From an uncultured Alphaproteobacteria bacterium (GTDB taxonomy: Bacteria > Pseudomonadota > Alphaproteobacteria > Rhodobacterales > Rhodobacteraceae), in the NCBI GenBank assembly GCA_963763165.1, contig CAVXNV010000004.1, positions 292,652 through 356,651 on the forward strand: DNA of 64,000 nt, in the 5' to 3' direction. Shown here piece after piece: positions 8,111 to 18,126 of the stretch. Made by a program: the position numbers and the translations under genes. The notes under the pieces were generated by a model. That model ran no database searches. It had not been told where the DNA came from and saw nothing but the letters and a program-made list of their open reading frames with translations. Positions within the stretch are counted from its first letter, which is position 1; the number at the start of each line of letters is the position of its first letter.

Positions 8111-11100
8111 ATGTCCGTTGCTGGCTGTTTGACCGTTTACCGCAAGGCTCATCTCCTGATCGGTGTAGTCGGCTTGTTGGCACATGCCACGGCATCGTAT
8201 CCAGAAACAGCTCAGATCGGCCCGCCCGATCAGGCCAGGTCCGGGTATTGCACCCGCGACAAGACTGTGGTCGCCCGCGTCGTTGCGCTGGAGCAGATGT
8301 ACATCTACAACCGCTTCGGCGCGTTCAACCCCGGTGGGATGCTCTATGCGCTGCGCCGCGATGTGGTGACCAGCGACGACAGCGATGAGCCGGCATTGGA
8401 CAATATCGGCACCGCGCTGGGTGATGGCGAAGCGATTCCGCCTGAACCCGATCCGGCGACCGATGCGTTGCTTGCGGGAAACGTGCGCTTGCGCCCCGAC
8501 AAGCGGCCGAGGCCGATCGTCCTCCGGGTAAACGAGGGCGACTGCCTGAAGGTCGTGTTCACCAACCTTCTCAGTCCTGACCGCGACGGCGAGGAACATG
8601 TGATCGACCCGGCGACGGGAGAGGAAATCTCCACCGATTCGGATGAACCTGCAACGCGGTCCGCCTCGATCCATGTGAACGGGCTGGAACTCTCGGGTAG
8701 CGTCGCATCGGATGGTACGAATGTGGGCTTCAACGAAAACTCGCTCGCTGACCCGGGCGAGACAAAGACCTACACATGGATTGCCAAGAAGGAGGGTGGC
8801 TTCCTGCTTTACTCGATGGCCGCCGCCGCCGGCGGAGAGGGCGATGGCGGGCAGCTTGGTCTCGGTCTTTTCGGCTCCGTCAATGTCGAACCGGCGGGAT
8901 CCACCTGGTATCGGTCGCAGGTCACGGAAGAGCAGCTCGCGGCATCGCGGGACATGAGCTTCTTGAACTCGGACGGCAAGAAGGGTCTATCGGACGGCGG
9001 CACCCCGGTCATCGACTACGGGTCCACGGACAGCGCTGGTATCCCGATTCTTGCCATGAACATGCCCTCCGATGACCCGGATGCGGCGCACGAGATCGTC
9101 CATTCCGACATCAACGCCATCATCGACGTGCGCGAGAATGGCGAAAAGTGCGACCAGATCCTCGGCCCCGGCTCAGCCTGCGGCGAGCCGTTCCGCGAAT
9201 TCACCGTGATCTTCCATGACGAGATCACGGCCGTGCAGGCGTTTCCGGAACTGGAGGACGAGGAGAACCCGATTTCCGCCCTGCGCGACGGCATGGGCAT
9301 CAACTATGGCGCGGCGGGACTTGGTGCGATGGTGCTGGCCAACCGCAAGGACATCGGCCCGGCCAAGGACTGCGCCGAATGCAAGCTCGAGGAATTCTTT
9401 CTGACCTCCTGGGCAATGGGCGATCCGGCGCTTGTGATCGAACGGGGGCCCGAAAACAAAGCTGTCGCCGCGCTCTATCCCGACGATCCCTCGAACGTGC
9501 ACCATTCCTACCTCGGCGACGCCGTGCGGTTCCGCAACATGCACGCCGGGCCGAAGGAGACGCATGTTTTTCACCTCCACGCGCATCAGTGGACGCAGGA
9601 CTGGCACGATCCGGATTCGGTCTACCTCGACAGCCAGACCATTTCTCCCGGTGCGTCTTTCACTTACGAAGTGCATTATGGCGGCTCCGGGAACCGTAAC
9701 CTGACGCCCGGAGACTCCATCTTTCACTGCCACCTCTACCCGCATTTCGCCCAAGGCATGTGGGAACTTTGGCGCACCCACGACGTGTTCGAGGCCGGCA
9801 CCGACGATCGCAGGCTTCCCGACGCCGAGATTGCCGGCGGCACACCGAATCCCGCCATCGTACCGCTGCCCGACACGCCGCTTCCGCCGATGCCGACCTC
9901 GGCCTTCGAGGGCTATCCGTTCTACATCGCCGGAATTGCCGGTCATCGACCGCCGCAGGCGCCACTCGATATAGATCCGGATGCCTACGCCGAGGATGCA
10001 AACCAGACCCTGATGCGCCACGTCGTCCTTTCAGGCGAACGCGAAGTCGGCGTGGAAGCCTTCGGCACCGACGCGAACGGCGATCCGAAGGAATTGGAGG
10101 CGAAGTATTTCGACACGGCCATCCCCGAGGATGACCCAATGGGTCAGGCGAACCGCATCGCAGCGCGGGTTCGCGCCGAGAATGCGAACGACGCGCTCTT
10201 CGGGCTGGCTGCCAAGCTGACGAAGGCCTGGATCAGGCGGTTGCCGCTCGACGGCACACCAGAAGAGCAGACGGCGATGGAGTTTCACGCCGGAACTGGC
10301 CCCGGCGCGGTGGAGATCGCACGGTCGAAATATGGCGTGCCGGAACGCGGCTATCCGAGCTGCATGTCGAACGGCACCTGCAACGGGCCGGCGAGTGACG
10401 TGTTCTTCCGCGTCAACGGCTATTCCCCGAAACCCGGCGCACCGTTCGCCGATCCATGCCCGACGCGGTTCTATCTCGGCAAGAAGGAAGACGACCCTGA
10501 CGATCCGGCGAAATGGGCGGGGCTTCAGCCAGAACGGAGATACCGCACGACCTATTTGCAATTCGACATGCCGGTGAACAAGCATGGCTGGCACGACCCG
10601 CAGGGACGCCTCATCGCGCTGGAAGAGGACGCGGCAAGCATTCTCGATCATACGCGCGCGCCGGAGCCGTTCTTCTTCCGCGCCAATTCGGGCGAGTGCA
10701 TCGTCTTTGAGGCGACGAACCTGATCCCCTCGAATCTAAACCTCGACGATTTTCAGGTGTTCACACCGACCGATACGATCGGCCAGCACATCCATCTGGT
10801 GAAGTTCGACGTGACCTCTTCCGACGGGTCCGGCAACGGCTGGAACTACGAAGACGGAACGTTCTCGCCCGATGAGGTTCGCGAACGGATTTTGGCCAAC
10901 AATGCCTTCAAGGGCACGGCGGAACTGCGGCCCTTGACCCACCGGCTGTTCCGCAATGGCGGGCCGCTGGCGGGCGATCCGCGCGGGCAATGTCCCGAAA
11001 GCCTGCCCGCCGATCCGACCGAGGCCGAGCATGTGCTGGCCGATCATCCGTGGTGCGGCGCGCAATCGACGATCCAGCGATGGTGGGCCGATCCGCTGCT

Positions 11101-13855
11101 GAACCAGAACGGCGTCGACCGGTCGATCCGCACGGTGTTCACGCATGATCATTTCGGACCGAGTTCGGCCCAGCAGCATGGCTTCTACGCCGCCTTGGTG
11201 ATCGAGCCGAACGGGTCGAGTTGGCAGACGCTCGCCGGCAAGACCTTTGGTGGGCAGGATGCGACCGGTGCGCAGATCGTGTCGCGCCCCGACGGTGGCC
11301 CGACCTCTTTCGCCGCACAGATCGTGGAACCGGCAACCAAGGCCAAACCGGCGAAGTCGCAGCGCGAATACAACATCGCGGTCGCCGATTTCGCGCTGCT
11401 CTACACGGCGCCGCCGCAGAACAAGCCGATCAGCCCGCCGGGCCAGCTTGACCACGACCTGCCCGAGATGGTGTTCGACTCCACCCTGCCGCGGCCGGAA
11501 GGCATCTCCGTATCCGATCCGGGCGGGCAGCTGATGAACTATCGGCACGAACCGATACCGGCGCGTGTCGGCACCGCCAATGCCTTGGGCAAATGGTCGC
11601 TCAAGTCCTTTGATGCTGCGTCCTCGTCGAATGACGCCTGCAAGGCGGCACTCGAGACCGCGCGGCCGACAGGCGGTGGCGGAAACGCGCCCGATGCGCG
11701 TCTCAGCGACTGCCGCGACGGCCCGTGGGGTCCGGATCAGGCGGCGGCATGCGAGGCGCGCGTGATCGCGGAACTGTGCGACCAGAGCGATCTGGCTAAC
11801 GTCTTCTCGTCCTACGCCCATGCCGGGCAGGATCAGGAAATTCGCGACACCATCGCCGCCGACAATCTCACCTACGACACGCGGCGCATCTTCATGGAGA
11901 ACTATCTTCGCCGCGACTGCGCCGACACCGACGACCTCAACTGCTCCGAGCCGGCCGGGCTGCGCAAGGACGGCGACCCGGCGACGCCGCTTCTGGTGGC
12001 GCGGGAAGGCGACGACGTGCAGGTGCGGCTGGTGCAGGGCGCGCAGGAGGAGAACCACATCTTCTTCATGAACGGGATGAAGTGGCTGGCCGTTCCGGGG
12101 TCCGAGAACTCGGGCTGGCGCGCGGCGCAGCATATCGGCATTTCGGAACACTTCGAATTCAACATCAACATCCAGGACCCGTCGCCGCAGCAGACCAAGG
12201 ACCATCTTTATGGCACCACGGCGACCGACAACTTCTGGGATGGGCAATGGGGCTTCCTGAGGGTCGTGGGCGAGGATGATCCGCTGCCCGCGCTTGCGCC
12301 GCTGCCGACAAACCCCGGGCCTGACGGTCTGGTCAATGCCGTGATGGACAACTGTGCGGCCAGCGTTCCGCGCCGGACGTTCCAGGTCGAGGCGTGGCGC
12401 ACCCGCGATCTGATCCCCGACGGCGCGCTTCGCTATCACTCGAAACGCAACCTTTCGGACCCCTCGGCGACGATCTACGTGCTGACCGGAGAGACCTCGG
12501 AGGGCGCGGCCGACGCGGCAGGTACCCGTCCGGCGTCCGTAGCGCATCTGTCGCGACAGATGTCGGACGTCACGCTGATCGCCGCCGGTGACAAGACACC
12601 CGAACCGCTGATCCTGCGGGCACGGGCGGGCGAGTGCATCGAGGTCGAACTGACCAATCGACTGGGTGCCGAGCCTGAGGATCTCACCAACCCGGCGGTC
12701 TGGAGCTGGAACATGATGCCGCCCATCGCCGACAGCCTGAACTTCAACGATGTCCGTGCCTCACGCGCCGTCGGTTTGCACGCGCAGCTCGTTGCGGGCA
12801 ATGCGGTGTTGAATGACGGGTCGGCGGCGGGATTCAACAACTCCTCGCTCGCCTATCCCTGCGATGCGTCCGATCCGCTGCAATTCTGTGGCAGCGACGG
12901 CGGCGACAGCCTGCCCGACGACAAGTATCTGAAGGACAACCGCGTCACCTATCGCTGGTACGCGGGCGACTGGAAGAAGGAACCCGGCCAGACGGAACCG
13001 ACCTTCACGCCGGTGGAGTTAGGAGTGGCGGGATTGCAGAACTTCGCTGACGTCATCAAGGGTGCGTCCCATGGCACCATCGGCGCGCTGGTGGTCGAGC
13101 CGGTGGGCGCCGAGTGGCAGACCGATTGCAGCGTCGTCCGTGCCCACCCGAACGCCGATGCCGACAGCAAGCGCGAGTGCCTGAACGCGGCGGCGACGGT
13201 CACGACACCGGACGGCAAGACCTTCCGCGAATTCGTGCTGATCTACCAGAACGACGTCAGCCTGCGCAATCGCGGCGAGGCGCTGGCGAACCTGCGCAAT
13301 GGAGACGATGCCGAGGACAGCGGGCAGAAGGCGTTCAACTACCGGTTCGAGCCGTTCTGGACGCGGCTTGACGCCAACCCGGCGGCCGACCCCGAGACGA
13401 TGATGGACTACGACTATTCCAACCTGCTTTCGTCAAAGCCCGAAGACGGCTTCGGCGACCCGTCCACCCCGCTCTTTACCGTGGCTGCCGGAACGCCTGT
13501 GCGGCTGCGCATCGTCGAGCCGTCGGGCCATCCGCGCAATGGTGCCTTCACGCTCTCGGGCCATGACTGGGTTGCATATCCCTGGACGGAAAGCTCGACC
13601 GTGCAGACAGATGATCCGGGTCCGCAGAACCGCTCTGGTGACGTGAATGGAATGGGCCCGGGGCGACATGTCGACGTGCTTCTGAACGCCGCTGGCGGGA
13701 CGGAGCGGCTGACAGGCGACTACCTCTACCGCACGCCTCTGGGCTTTGCCTTCGGTGGCGGACAATGGGGCATCATGCGGGTCTTTGATCCCGCGACCTG
13801 CCAGGACGGTGCGCTTCACGACAGCCGCACCGGACGATTGCAGGTCTGCAGGTAG
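8111..13855 (+). CDS. Giant secreted multicopper oxidase, MnxG-like (1914 aa)
   Basis: Cu motifs HVFHLHAH (~9563), HCHLYPHFAQGM (~9725-9760), QHIHLVKFD (~10787) and THDHFGPS (~11144). The N-terminal VVALEQ...NRFGA...ALRRDVV...LRPDKRPRPIVLRVNEGDCL segment resembles MnxG-type MCOs. Hydrophobic Sec-type N-terminus. Confidence 0.88.
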   Translation: MSVAGCLTVYRKAHLLIGVVGLLAHATASYPETAQIGPPDQARSGYCTRDKTVVARVVALEQMYIYNRFGAFNPGGMLYALRRDVVTSDDSDEPALDNIGTALGDGEAIPPEPDPATDALLAGNVRLRPDKRPRPIVLRVNEGDCLKVVFTNLLSPDRDGEEHVIDPATGEEISTDSDEPATRSASIHVNGLELSGSVASDGTNVGFNENSLADPGETKTYTWIAKKEGGFLLYSMAAAAGGEGDGGQLGLGLFGSVNVEPAGSTWYRSQVTEEQLAASRDMSFLNSDGKKGLSDGGTPVIDYGSTDSAGIPILAMNMPSDDPDAAHEIVHSDINAIIDVRENGEKCDQILGPGSACGEPFREFTVIFHDEITAVQAFPELEDEENPISALRDGMGINYGAAGLGAMVLANRKDIGPAKDCAECKLEEFFLTSWAMGDPALVIERGPENKAVAALYPDDPSNVHHSYLGDAVRFRNMHAGPKETHVFHLHAHQWTQDWHDPDSVYLDSQTISPGASFTYEVHYGGSGNRNLTPGDSIFHCHLYPHFAQGMWELWRTHDVFEAGTDDRRLPDAEIAGGTPNPAIVPLPDTPLPPMPTSAFEGYPFYIAGIAGHRPPQAPLDIDPDAYAEDANQTLMRHVVLSGEREVGVEAFGTDANGDPKELEAKYFDTAIPEDDPMGQANRIAARVRAENANDALFGLAAKLTKAWIRRLPLDGTPEEQTAMEFHAGTGPGAVEIARSKYGVPERGYPSCMSNGTCNGPASDVFFRVNGYSPKPGAPFADPCPTRFYLGKKEDDPDDPAKWAGLQPERRYRTTYLQFDMPVNKHGWHDPQGRLIALEEDAASILDHTRAPEPFFFRANSGECIVFEATNLIPSNLNLDDFQVFTPTDTIGQHIHLVKFDVTSSDGSGNGWNYEDGTFSPDEVRERILANNAFKGTAELRPLTHRLFRNGGPLAGDPRGQCPESLPADPTEAEHVLADHPWCGAQSTIQRWWADPLLNQNGVDRSIRTVFTHDHFGPSSAQQHGFYAALVIEPNGSSWQTLAGKTFGGQDATGAQIVSRPDGGPTSFAAQIVEPATKAKPAKSQREYNIAVADFALLYTAPPQNKPISPPGQLDHDLPEMVFDSTLPRPEGISVSDPGGQLMNYRHEPIPARVGTANALGKWSLKSFDAASSSNDACKAALETARPTGGGGNAPDARLSDCRDGPWGPDQAAACEARVIAELCDQSDLANVFSSYAHAGQDQEIRDTIAADNLTYDTRRIFMENYLRRDCADTDDLNCSEPAGLRKDGDPATPLLVAREGDDVQVRLVQGAQEENHIFFMNGMKWLAVPGSENSGWRAAQHIGISEHFEFNINIQDPSPQQTKDHLYGTTATDNFWDGQWGFLRVVGEDDPLPALAPLPTNPGPDGLVNAVMDNCAASVPRRTFQVEAWRTRDLIPDGALRYHSKRNLSDPSATIYVLTGETSEGAADAAGTRPASVAHLSRQMSDVTLIAAGDKTPEPLILRARAGECIEVELTNRLGAEPEDLTNPAVWSWNMMPPIADSLNFNDVRASRAVGLHAQLVAGNAVLNDGSAAGFNNSSLAYPCDASDPLQFCGSDGGDSLPDDKYLKDNRVTYRWYAGDWKKEPGQTEPTFTPVELGVAGLQNFADVIKGASHGTIGALVVEPVGAEWQTDCSVVRAHPNADADSKRECLNAAATVTTPDGKTFREFVLIYQNDVSLRNRGEALANLRNGDDAEDSGQKAFNYRFEPFWTRLDANPAADPETMMDYDYSNLLSSKPEDGFGDPSTPLFTVAAGTPVRLRIVEPSGHPRNGAFTLSGHDWVAYPWTESSTVQTDDPGPQNRSGDVNGMGPGRHVDVLLNAAGGTERLTGDYLYRTPLGFAFGGGQWGIMRVFDPATCQDGALHDSRTGRLQVCR

Positions 13856-13864
13856 GGGGGATGC

Positions 13865-15901
13865 ATGACCTATTCCGCCCATCTTGTCGCCATCGCCCTT
13901 GCGGTACTGGGTATTGTCCCGGCGAGCACGCAAGTCGACGACCCGCTCTCCCTCGGCGAGCTATGCGGCCCGCAGGATGGGCTCGGCCCGAAGCTTGGTA
14001 GTACGGACGATGCCCTTTCGACCGTCTTCGCCCGGCATAAAGATCACGAACCGCCACAGTTGCGTGGCGCGGGATGGGACGTTCCGCAAACCAGTGTCTT
14101 CGATCCGGCCACGGCCGTTAGCGAGCTTGCGGTCGCGGCGCTGACCGGCGGACAGGTCATCGCCGGAGAGGAAGCGCGCGTCACCCTTCGGATCACCGAT
14201 GGCGTGAGTGGACTGCCAGTGACAGGCCGCAGCGTCGCGGGCTGGATGCTCCTTCAGCGCAACGCCCAGGTCGCCGCAGAGATGCCGTGCAGCGCCAAGG
14301 CAACGCTCTTCACGCAAGGACGGGTGACGGCGCGGCCCGATGTCGATCTGAACGCCTCGAAGCTTCTGGTGCTGAACCGCGACGGAAGCATCGCCATCGT
14401 CAACCCGCAGGTGGATTTCACCATCACCCAGATGGAGGGCGTGATCCCGCTTCCGGGGGTCCCCGCCGACTGGGCGCTTGCCGAGGATAGTCAGACGCTT
14501 TTCGTGTCGCTTCCCATCTACGGGGCGGTCGCGGTGATCGACACGCGCAGCTTCCAGATGAGCGGCCTCATCGAACTTCCGAAGGGCAGCATGCCGACGC
14601 AACTGCTGCCGCTGTCGGACGGGGCGGTCGCGGTCTATCTCTCCGCCCACGGAGCGGTGACCATCGCGCGGCCTGACGGCACCGGGCAGACCGACCCCGT
14701 CGCGGTCGGGAGCGGTCCTGTGGCGATGGCCGAAGGGGCGTGGCGGCTGATCGTCGCTGCCTCGGGCAAACTGACCACAATCGACAGCGCGACCGGCGCC
14801 GTCGCGGCGGAAGCGGATATTCCGGCTGGCGAGCCTTCGCTTGCCATCGCGCCGGACGGTCTGTCGGTCTTTGTCACCACGGCCACCGCGACCGGAATCG
14901 AACGCCGCGACATCCGCGCGTTGAAGCTGCGCGGGACGGTGGCGGCCGAGCCTGGCGTCTTCGCACTGGCGCTTGAACCCGGACGCAGGCATCTCGTCGC
15001 CCTGAATCGCAAAACGGACCAGATGCTCCTGATCGACACGCGCACCGATACCGTCTCGGCGACGGGCCGGACGCCGCCCCAACCCGTCGAGGTCGCGTTC
15101 TCGCACGACTACGCCTATGTGCGCGGGCTGGAAGGCGACCATTTCAGCGTCTTCGAACTGGTGGAGCTGCGTCAGGGCAACCTTGTGCCTGTAGAGGTAC
15201 AGTCGGCTGCTGCACCCGTGACCCCGCGCGAGGCGTTGTCGCGCGCCCGGATGATCGCGCCCTACGGACATGGCGCGCTGGTGGGCAATGCCGACGAACA
15301 GGTGGCATATTATTACATGGAGGGCATGAACAGCCCGGTGGGCACGGTCAAGACCTACGGATCGAACGTGCAGGGGCTGATGACCATCGACCGGGGCTTC
15401 CGCGAAACCGCGCCGGGAGTCTACGAAACGACGGCGACGCTGCCTTTCGGCGGTGCCTATGACATTCCCGTCGCTATCGACGCGGACGGGTTCGTCACCT
15501 GTTTCGCCGCCACCGCACTGCCCGCCGCCAAAACCGAGGCGGAGGAAAACCGCACGGCGCTCCGGATCGAACCGGAGGCGCTGAATGGCATGGTCGCAGG
15601 AAGCCGCGGCGCGGTCGTGGTCCGGTTGATCGACGACAGCACCGGCCAGCCGGCCCTCGGTCTCAGGGACGTGCGGCTCCTCGCGTTTTTGCCGAGCGGC
15701 GGCTGGCAGGGCCGCAAGTGGGCCACCGACGTGGGGCAAGGCCGCTATGCCGTCGACTGGAAGTTTCCGAAGCCCGGCCGCTACGGCCTCAGCCTGCAGA
15801 TCGCTTCGGCAGGCATGGGATATGCCGATCAGCGTCCGGTATATTTCAACGTCGGAGCGCCGGGTGACGGCGTGTCCAAAGTAAGGGATGGTTCGCCATG
15901 A
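13865..15901 (+). CDS. Secreted YVTN/YncE-like beta-propeller protein with C-terminal Ig-like (YtkA-like) domain
   Basis: Signal peptide; repeated LFV..P..G.VAVIDT blades; C-terminal GRYAVDWKFPKPGRYGL; 9-nt gap after the MCO. Confidence 0.7.
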   Translation: MTYSAHLVAIALAVLGIVPASTQVDDPLSLGELCGPQDGLGPKLGSTDDALSTVFARHKDHEPPQLRGAGWDVPQTSVFDPATAVSELAVAALTGGQVIAGEEARVTLRITDGVSGLPVTGRSVAGWMLLQRNAQVAAEMPCSAKATLFTQGRVTARPDVDLNASKLLVLNRDGSIAIVNPQVDFTITQMEGVIPLPGVPADWALAEDSQTLFVSLPIYGAVAVIDTRSFQMSGLIELPKGSMPTQLLPLSDGAVAVYLSAHGAVTIARPDGTGQTDPVAVGSGPVAMAEGAWRLIVAASGKLTTIDSATGAVAAEADIPAGEPSLAIAPDGLSVFVTTATATGIERRDIRALKLRGTVAAEPGVFALALEPGRRHLVALNRKTDQMLLIDTRTDTVSATGRTPPQPVEVAFSHDYAYVRGLEGDHFSVFELVELRQGNLVPVEVQSAAAPVTPREALSRARMIAPYGHGALVGNADEQVAYYYMEGMNSPVGTVKTYGSNVQGLMTIDRGFRETAPGVYETTATLPFGGAYDIPVAIDADGFVTCFAATALPAAKTEAEENRTALRIEPEALNGMVAGSRGAVVVRLIDDSTGQPALGLRDVRLLAFLPSGGWQGRKWATDVGQGRYAVDWKFPKPGRYGLSLQIASAGMGYADQRPVYFNVGAPGDGVSKVRDGSP

Positions 15902-17463
15902 AACGCATTCTTCTTGCCCTTCTTGTGCTTTTCGCCCCGGGCCTCGCCGATGCCGACATGGCGCATCAGTTCCTGCTGGTCGGCCATATCGAGAGCCTGA
16001 CCGCGGATGATGCGGCAGACCCGTTGTCAGCGGGCAAGATCAAGGTGCACGGGGTCGAGGTGCTGCTTCCGAAGAATCTGATCGTGCAATTGCCCGCGCG
16101 CTATCTGACAACGGCTGACATCATCAACCTTAATCCCGTTTCGCCCGGCACCGAATCCGGCCTCGCGTTGGATGACGCAACGCCGCCCTTCGCCTCTTAC
16201 GAGGCGACGGTGGTCGGCAATATCGTCGGTCAGCAATATATCGCGGGGTTGGTCTGGATCACCCAGCATTCGCTGGCCGAAGGCGCGGGCTACATCAAGG
16301 AGATCCTGCCCAACGGCGAAATCCATGTCGTTGCCGACCCCGATCCCGCCGCTCCCGTCCAGCAGATCACCCGCATCCGCATCAACGACCCGAACGGCGT
16401 TTTCGCGCCGCCCGATCCGCTGGCCGACGAACGGTTCATGGTGGACGAGGCGAACCCGACAATCCATGCCGGATCGGGCTATCCGATGTGCGTCGCCCAT
16501 GCCGGAGCGCCCGGCGAGTGCCCGGCGACGAACCGGCCGACAGGAGCGGATGGCAAGCCGCTGACGACTTTCGTGATGTGCAACCCGTCGGTGACGCCGC
16601 CGCCCGCGTCCGACCGCTGCGCGACGGGTTTGCCGGGCGCTCCAGCGGGGGCGCTGCGCATCCCGCCCTGCCCAGACTGCGACCAGACGAAACAGGCGCC
16701 ACTGATGCCGGGGGACTACATCATCTACTCCGGCACGCTGGCAAAGGACGGTGCCGACATCTACATCTCGGCGCATACGGTCGGAGCGAATGTCGGTATC
16801 TATACCGCCCCCGGCGGCGATCCTGCCTATGTGCTGATCGAGGGTTCGCTGATAGGGACCCAAGGCCCGCGGATCACCCGTGATCCGCCTGATCCGGCGG
16901 ACCCCACCGCGACCTTTCCGCAGGAGACGCAGGACCGGCTGAAAATCGAGGGGGTGACGACCGACCCCAGCCGCAGCGTCGAACTTTACGCGATCGACGT
17001 CGACGGGGCGACGGGCGACACGAGCTTGCGCATCTTCAACACGGTGCCTGCCACGCCCAACCCGCTTGGCCGCTTCCGGTTGATCCTCGGCCAGCGGGCG
17101 AACGCGCTGTTCGTGAAGGATACCGACATCCTGAAGGGTGCGCCGCGCGAGTTGATGGCGCGGGTAGCGAGCGGCCCCGACCTTGACGGCCAGCCGGTGC
17201 CCGAAGCGCCGCTTTTCGCGCATGGTCTGGTCGCCGGACAATACGTGGCGCCCTTCGGTGAGTTCATCTTTGTCGAGAACAAGGTGATTGGCGATCCGAT
17301 CCTGCCCAACAACTTCGACTGCCTGCCGTTCCTTCTGTTCGGCTCCGGCCCGCTGACGACGACAGTGCCTGCCGGTCCACTGGTCGGAACGCTTGTTCCC
17401 TGGCCCGACGTCATTCCGGCGCCGACCGAAATCAGTTGCGGACCCCGACCGCGACCCTTGTAG
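15898..17463 (+). CDS. Secreted Pro/Cys-rich hypothetical protein (521 aa)
   Basis: Signal peptide MKRILLALLVLFAPGLADA; ATGA overlap with the propeller gene; high-GC codon pattern. Confidence 0.8.
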   Translation: MKRILLALLVLFAPGLADADMAHQFLLVGHIESLTADDAADPLSAGKIKVHGVEVLLPKNLIVQLPARYLTTADIINLNPVSPGTESGLALDDATPPFASYEATVVGNIVGQQYIAGLVWITQHSLAEGAGYIKEILPNGEIHVVADPDPAAPVQQITRIRINDPNGVFAPPDPLADERFMVDEANPTIHAGSGYPMCVAHAGAPGECPATNRPTGADGKPLTTFVMCNPSVTPPPASDRCATGLPGAPAGALRIPPCPDCDQTKQAPLMPGDYIIYSGTLAKDGADIYISAHTVGANVGIYTAPGGDPAYVLIEGSLIGTQGPRITRDPPDPADPTATFPQETQDRLKIEGVTTDPSRSVELYAIDVDGATGDTSLRIFNTVPATPNPLGRFRLILGQRANALFVKDTDILKGAPRELMARVASGPDLDGQPVPEAPLFAHGLVAGQYVAPFGEFIFVENKVIGDPILPNNFDCLPFLLFGSGPLTTTVPAGPLVGTLVPWPDVIPAPTEISCGPRPRPL

Positions 17464-17473
17464 GAGTTTCGTC

Positions 17474-18046
17474 ATGGCTTTCAATGCCGCAGAAGTTGCT
17501 GATCGCCCGGCGCTCGCGACGGACCCGGATACCGACTTCCAGTCGTGGAAGGGGATCGCGGCAGACGGCAACACGCTCCGGTTCTCACGGATGCGGTCGG
17601 ACCAGAAGCGAACCTGGTGCAGTATCGCCAATGCCGACCAGTTCGTCAGGCTGACCCAAGGGCTGAGCTTCAACGGCCATTTCCAGGAATATGGCGATAC
17701 GCTGATCTCGACCAATCATTCTCCTGGCCTCGTCTTGTCACTTGACTTCGACCATCCCGTGATCGGCGCTGGACTGGATGTCGAACCCGCTCCAGCCGCC
17801 GCCGGGGCTGGCCAACCCTACAAGGTGAGCCTGAGGGTATCGAATACTGGCACCGGTGAAGGCTTTCAGGTAGAAAAGGCCGCGAATACCGGCGCATGCC
17901 AGTTCGTCGGCGCGAAAAGCGATGCCGACAACATCGACCGGATGACGGTGACCGTTGCTATGATCGATGACACTGGTCAGGAAACACCTGTGGATTTCGC
18001 GGTAAACAGGCTCGAACTTCTGGTTCCGGTCGGTCTTATCGTCTGA
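17474..18046 (+). CDS. Hypothetical beta-rich protein (190 aa)
   Basis: ATG 17474 follows a TAGGAG RBS that overlaps the upstream stop codon; no signal peptide. Confidence 0.7.
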   Translation: MAFNAAEVADRPALATDPDTDFQSWKGIAADGNTLRFSRMRSDQKRTWCSIANADQFVRLTQGLSFNGHFQEYGDTLISTNHSPGLVLSLDFDHPVIGAGLDVEPAPAAAGAGQPYKVSLRVSNTGTGEGFQVEKAANTGACQFVGAKSDADNIDRMTVTVAMIDDTGQETPVDFAVNRLELLVPVGLIV

Positions 18047-18126
18047 AGAGCAAGCAACACAGCGCTCGGCGAGAAAAAACAACAGAACCGATGGTTCGGA
18101 TGCTTCCTGTCGCGTTGGGCTCTGTT

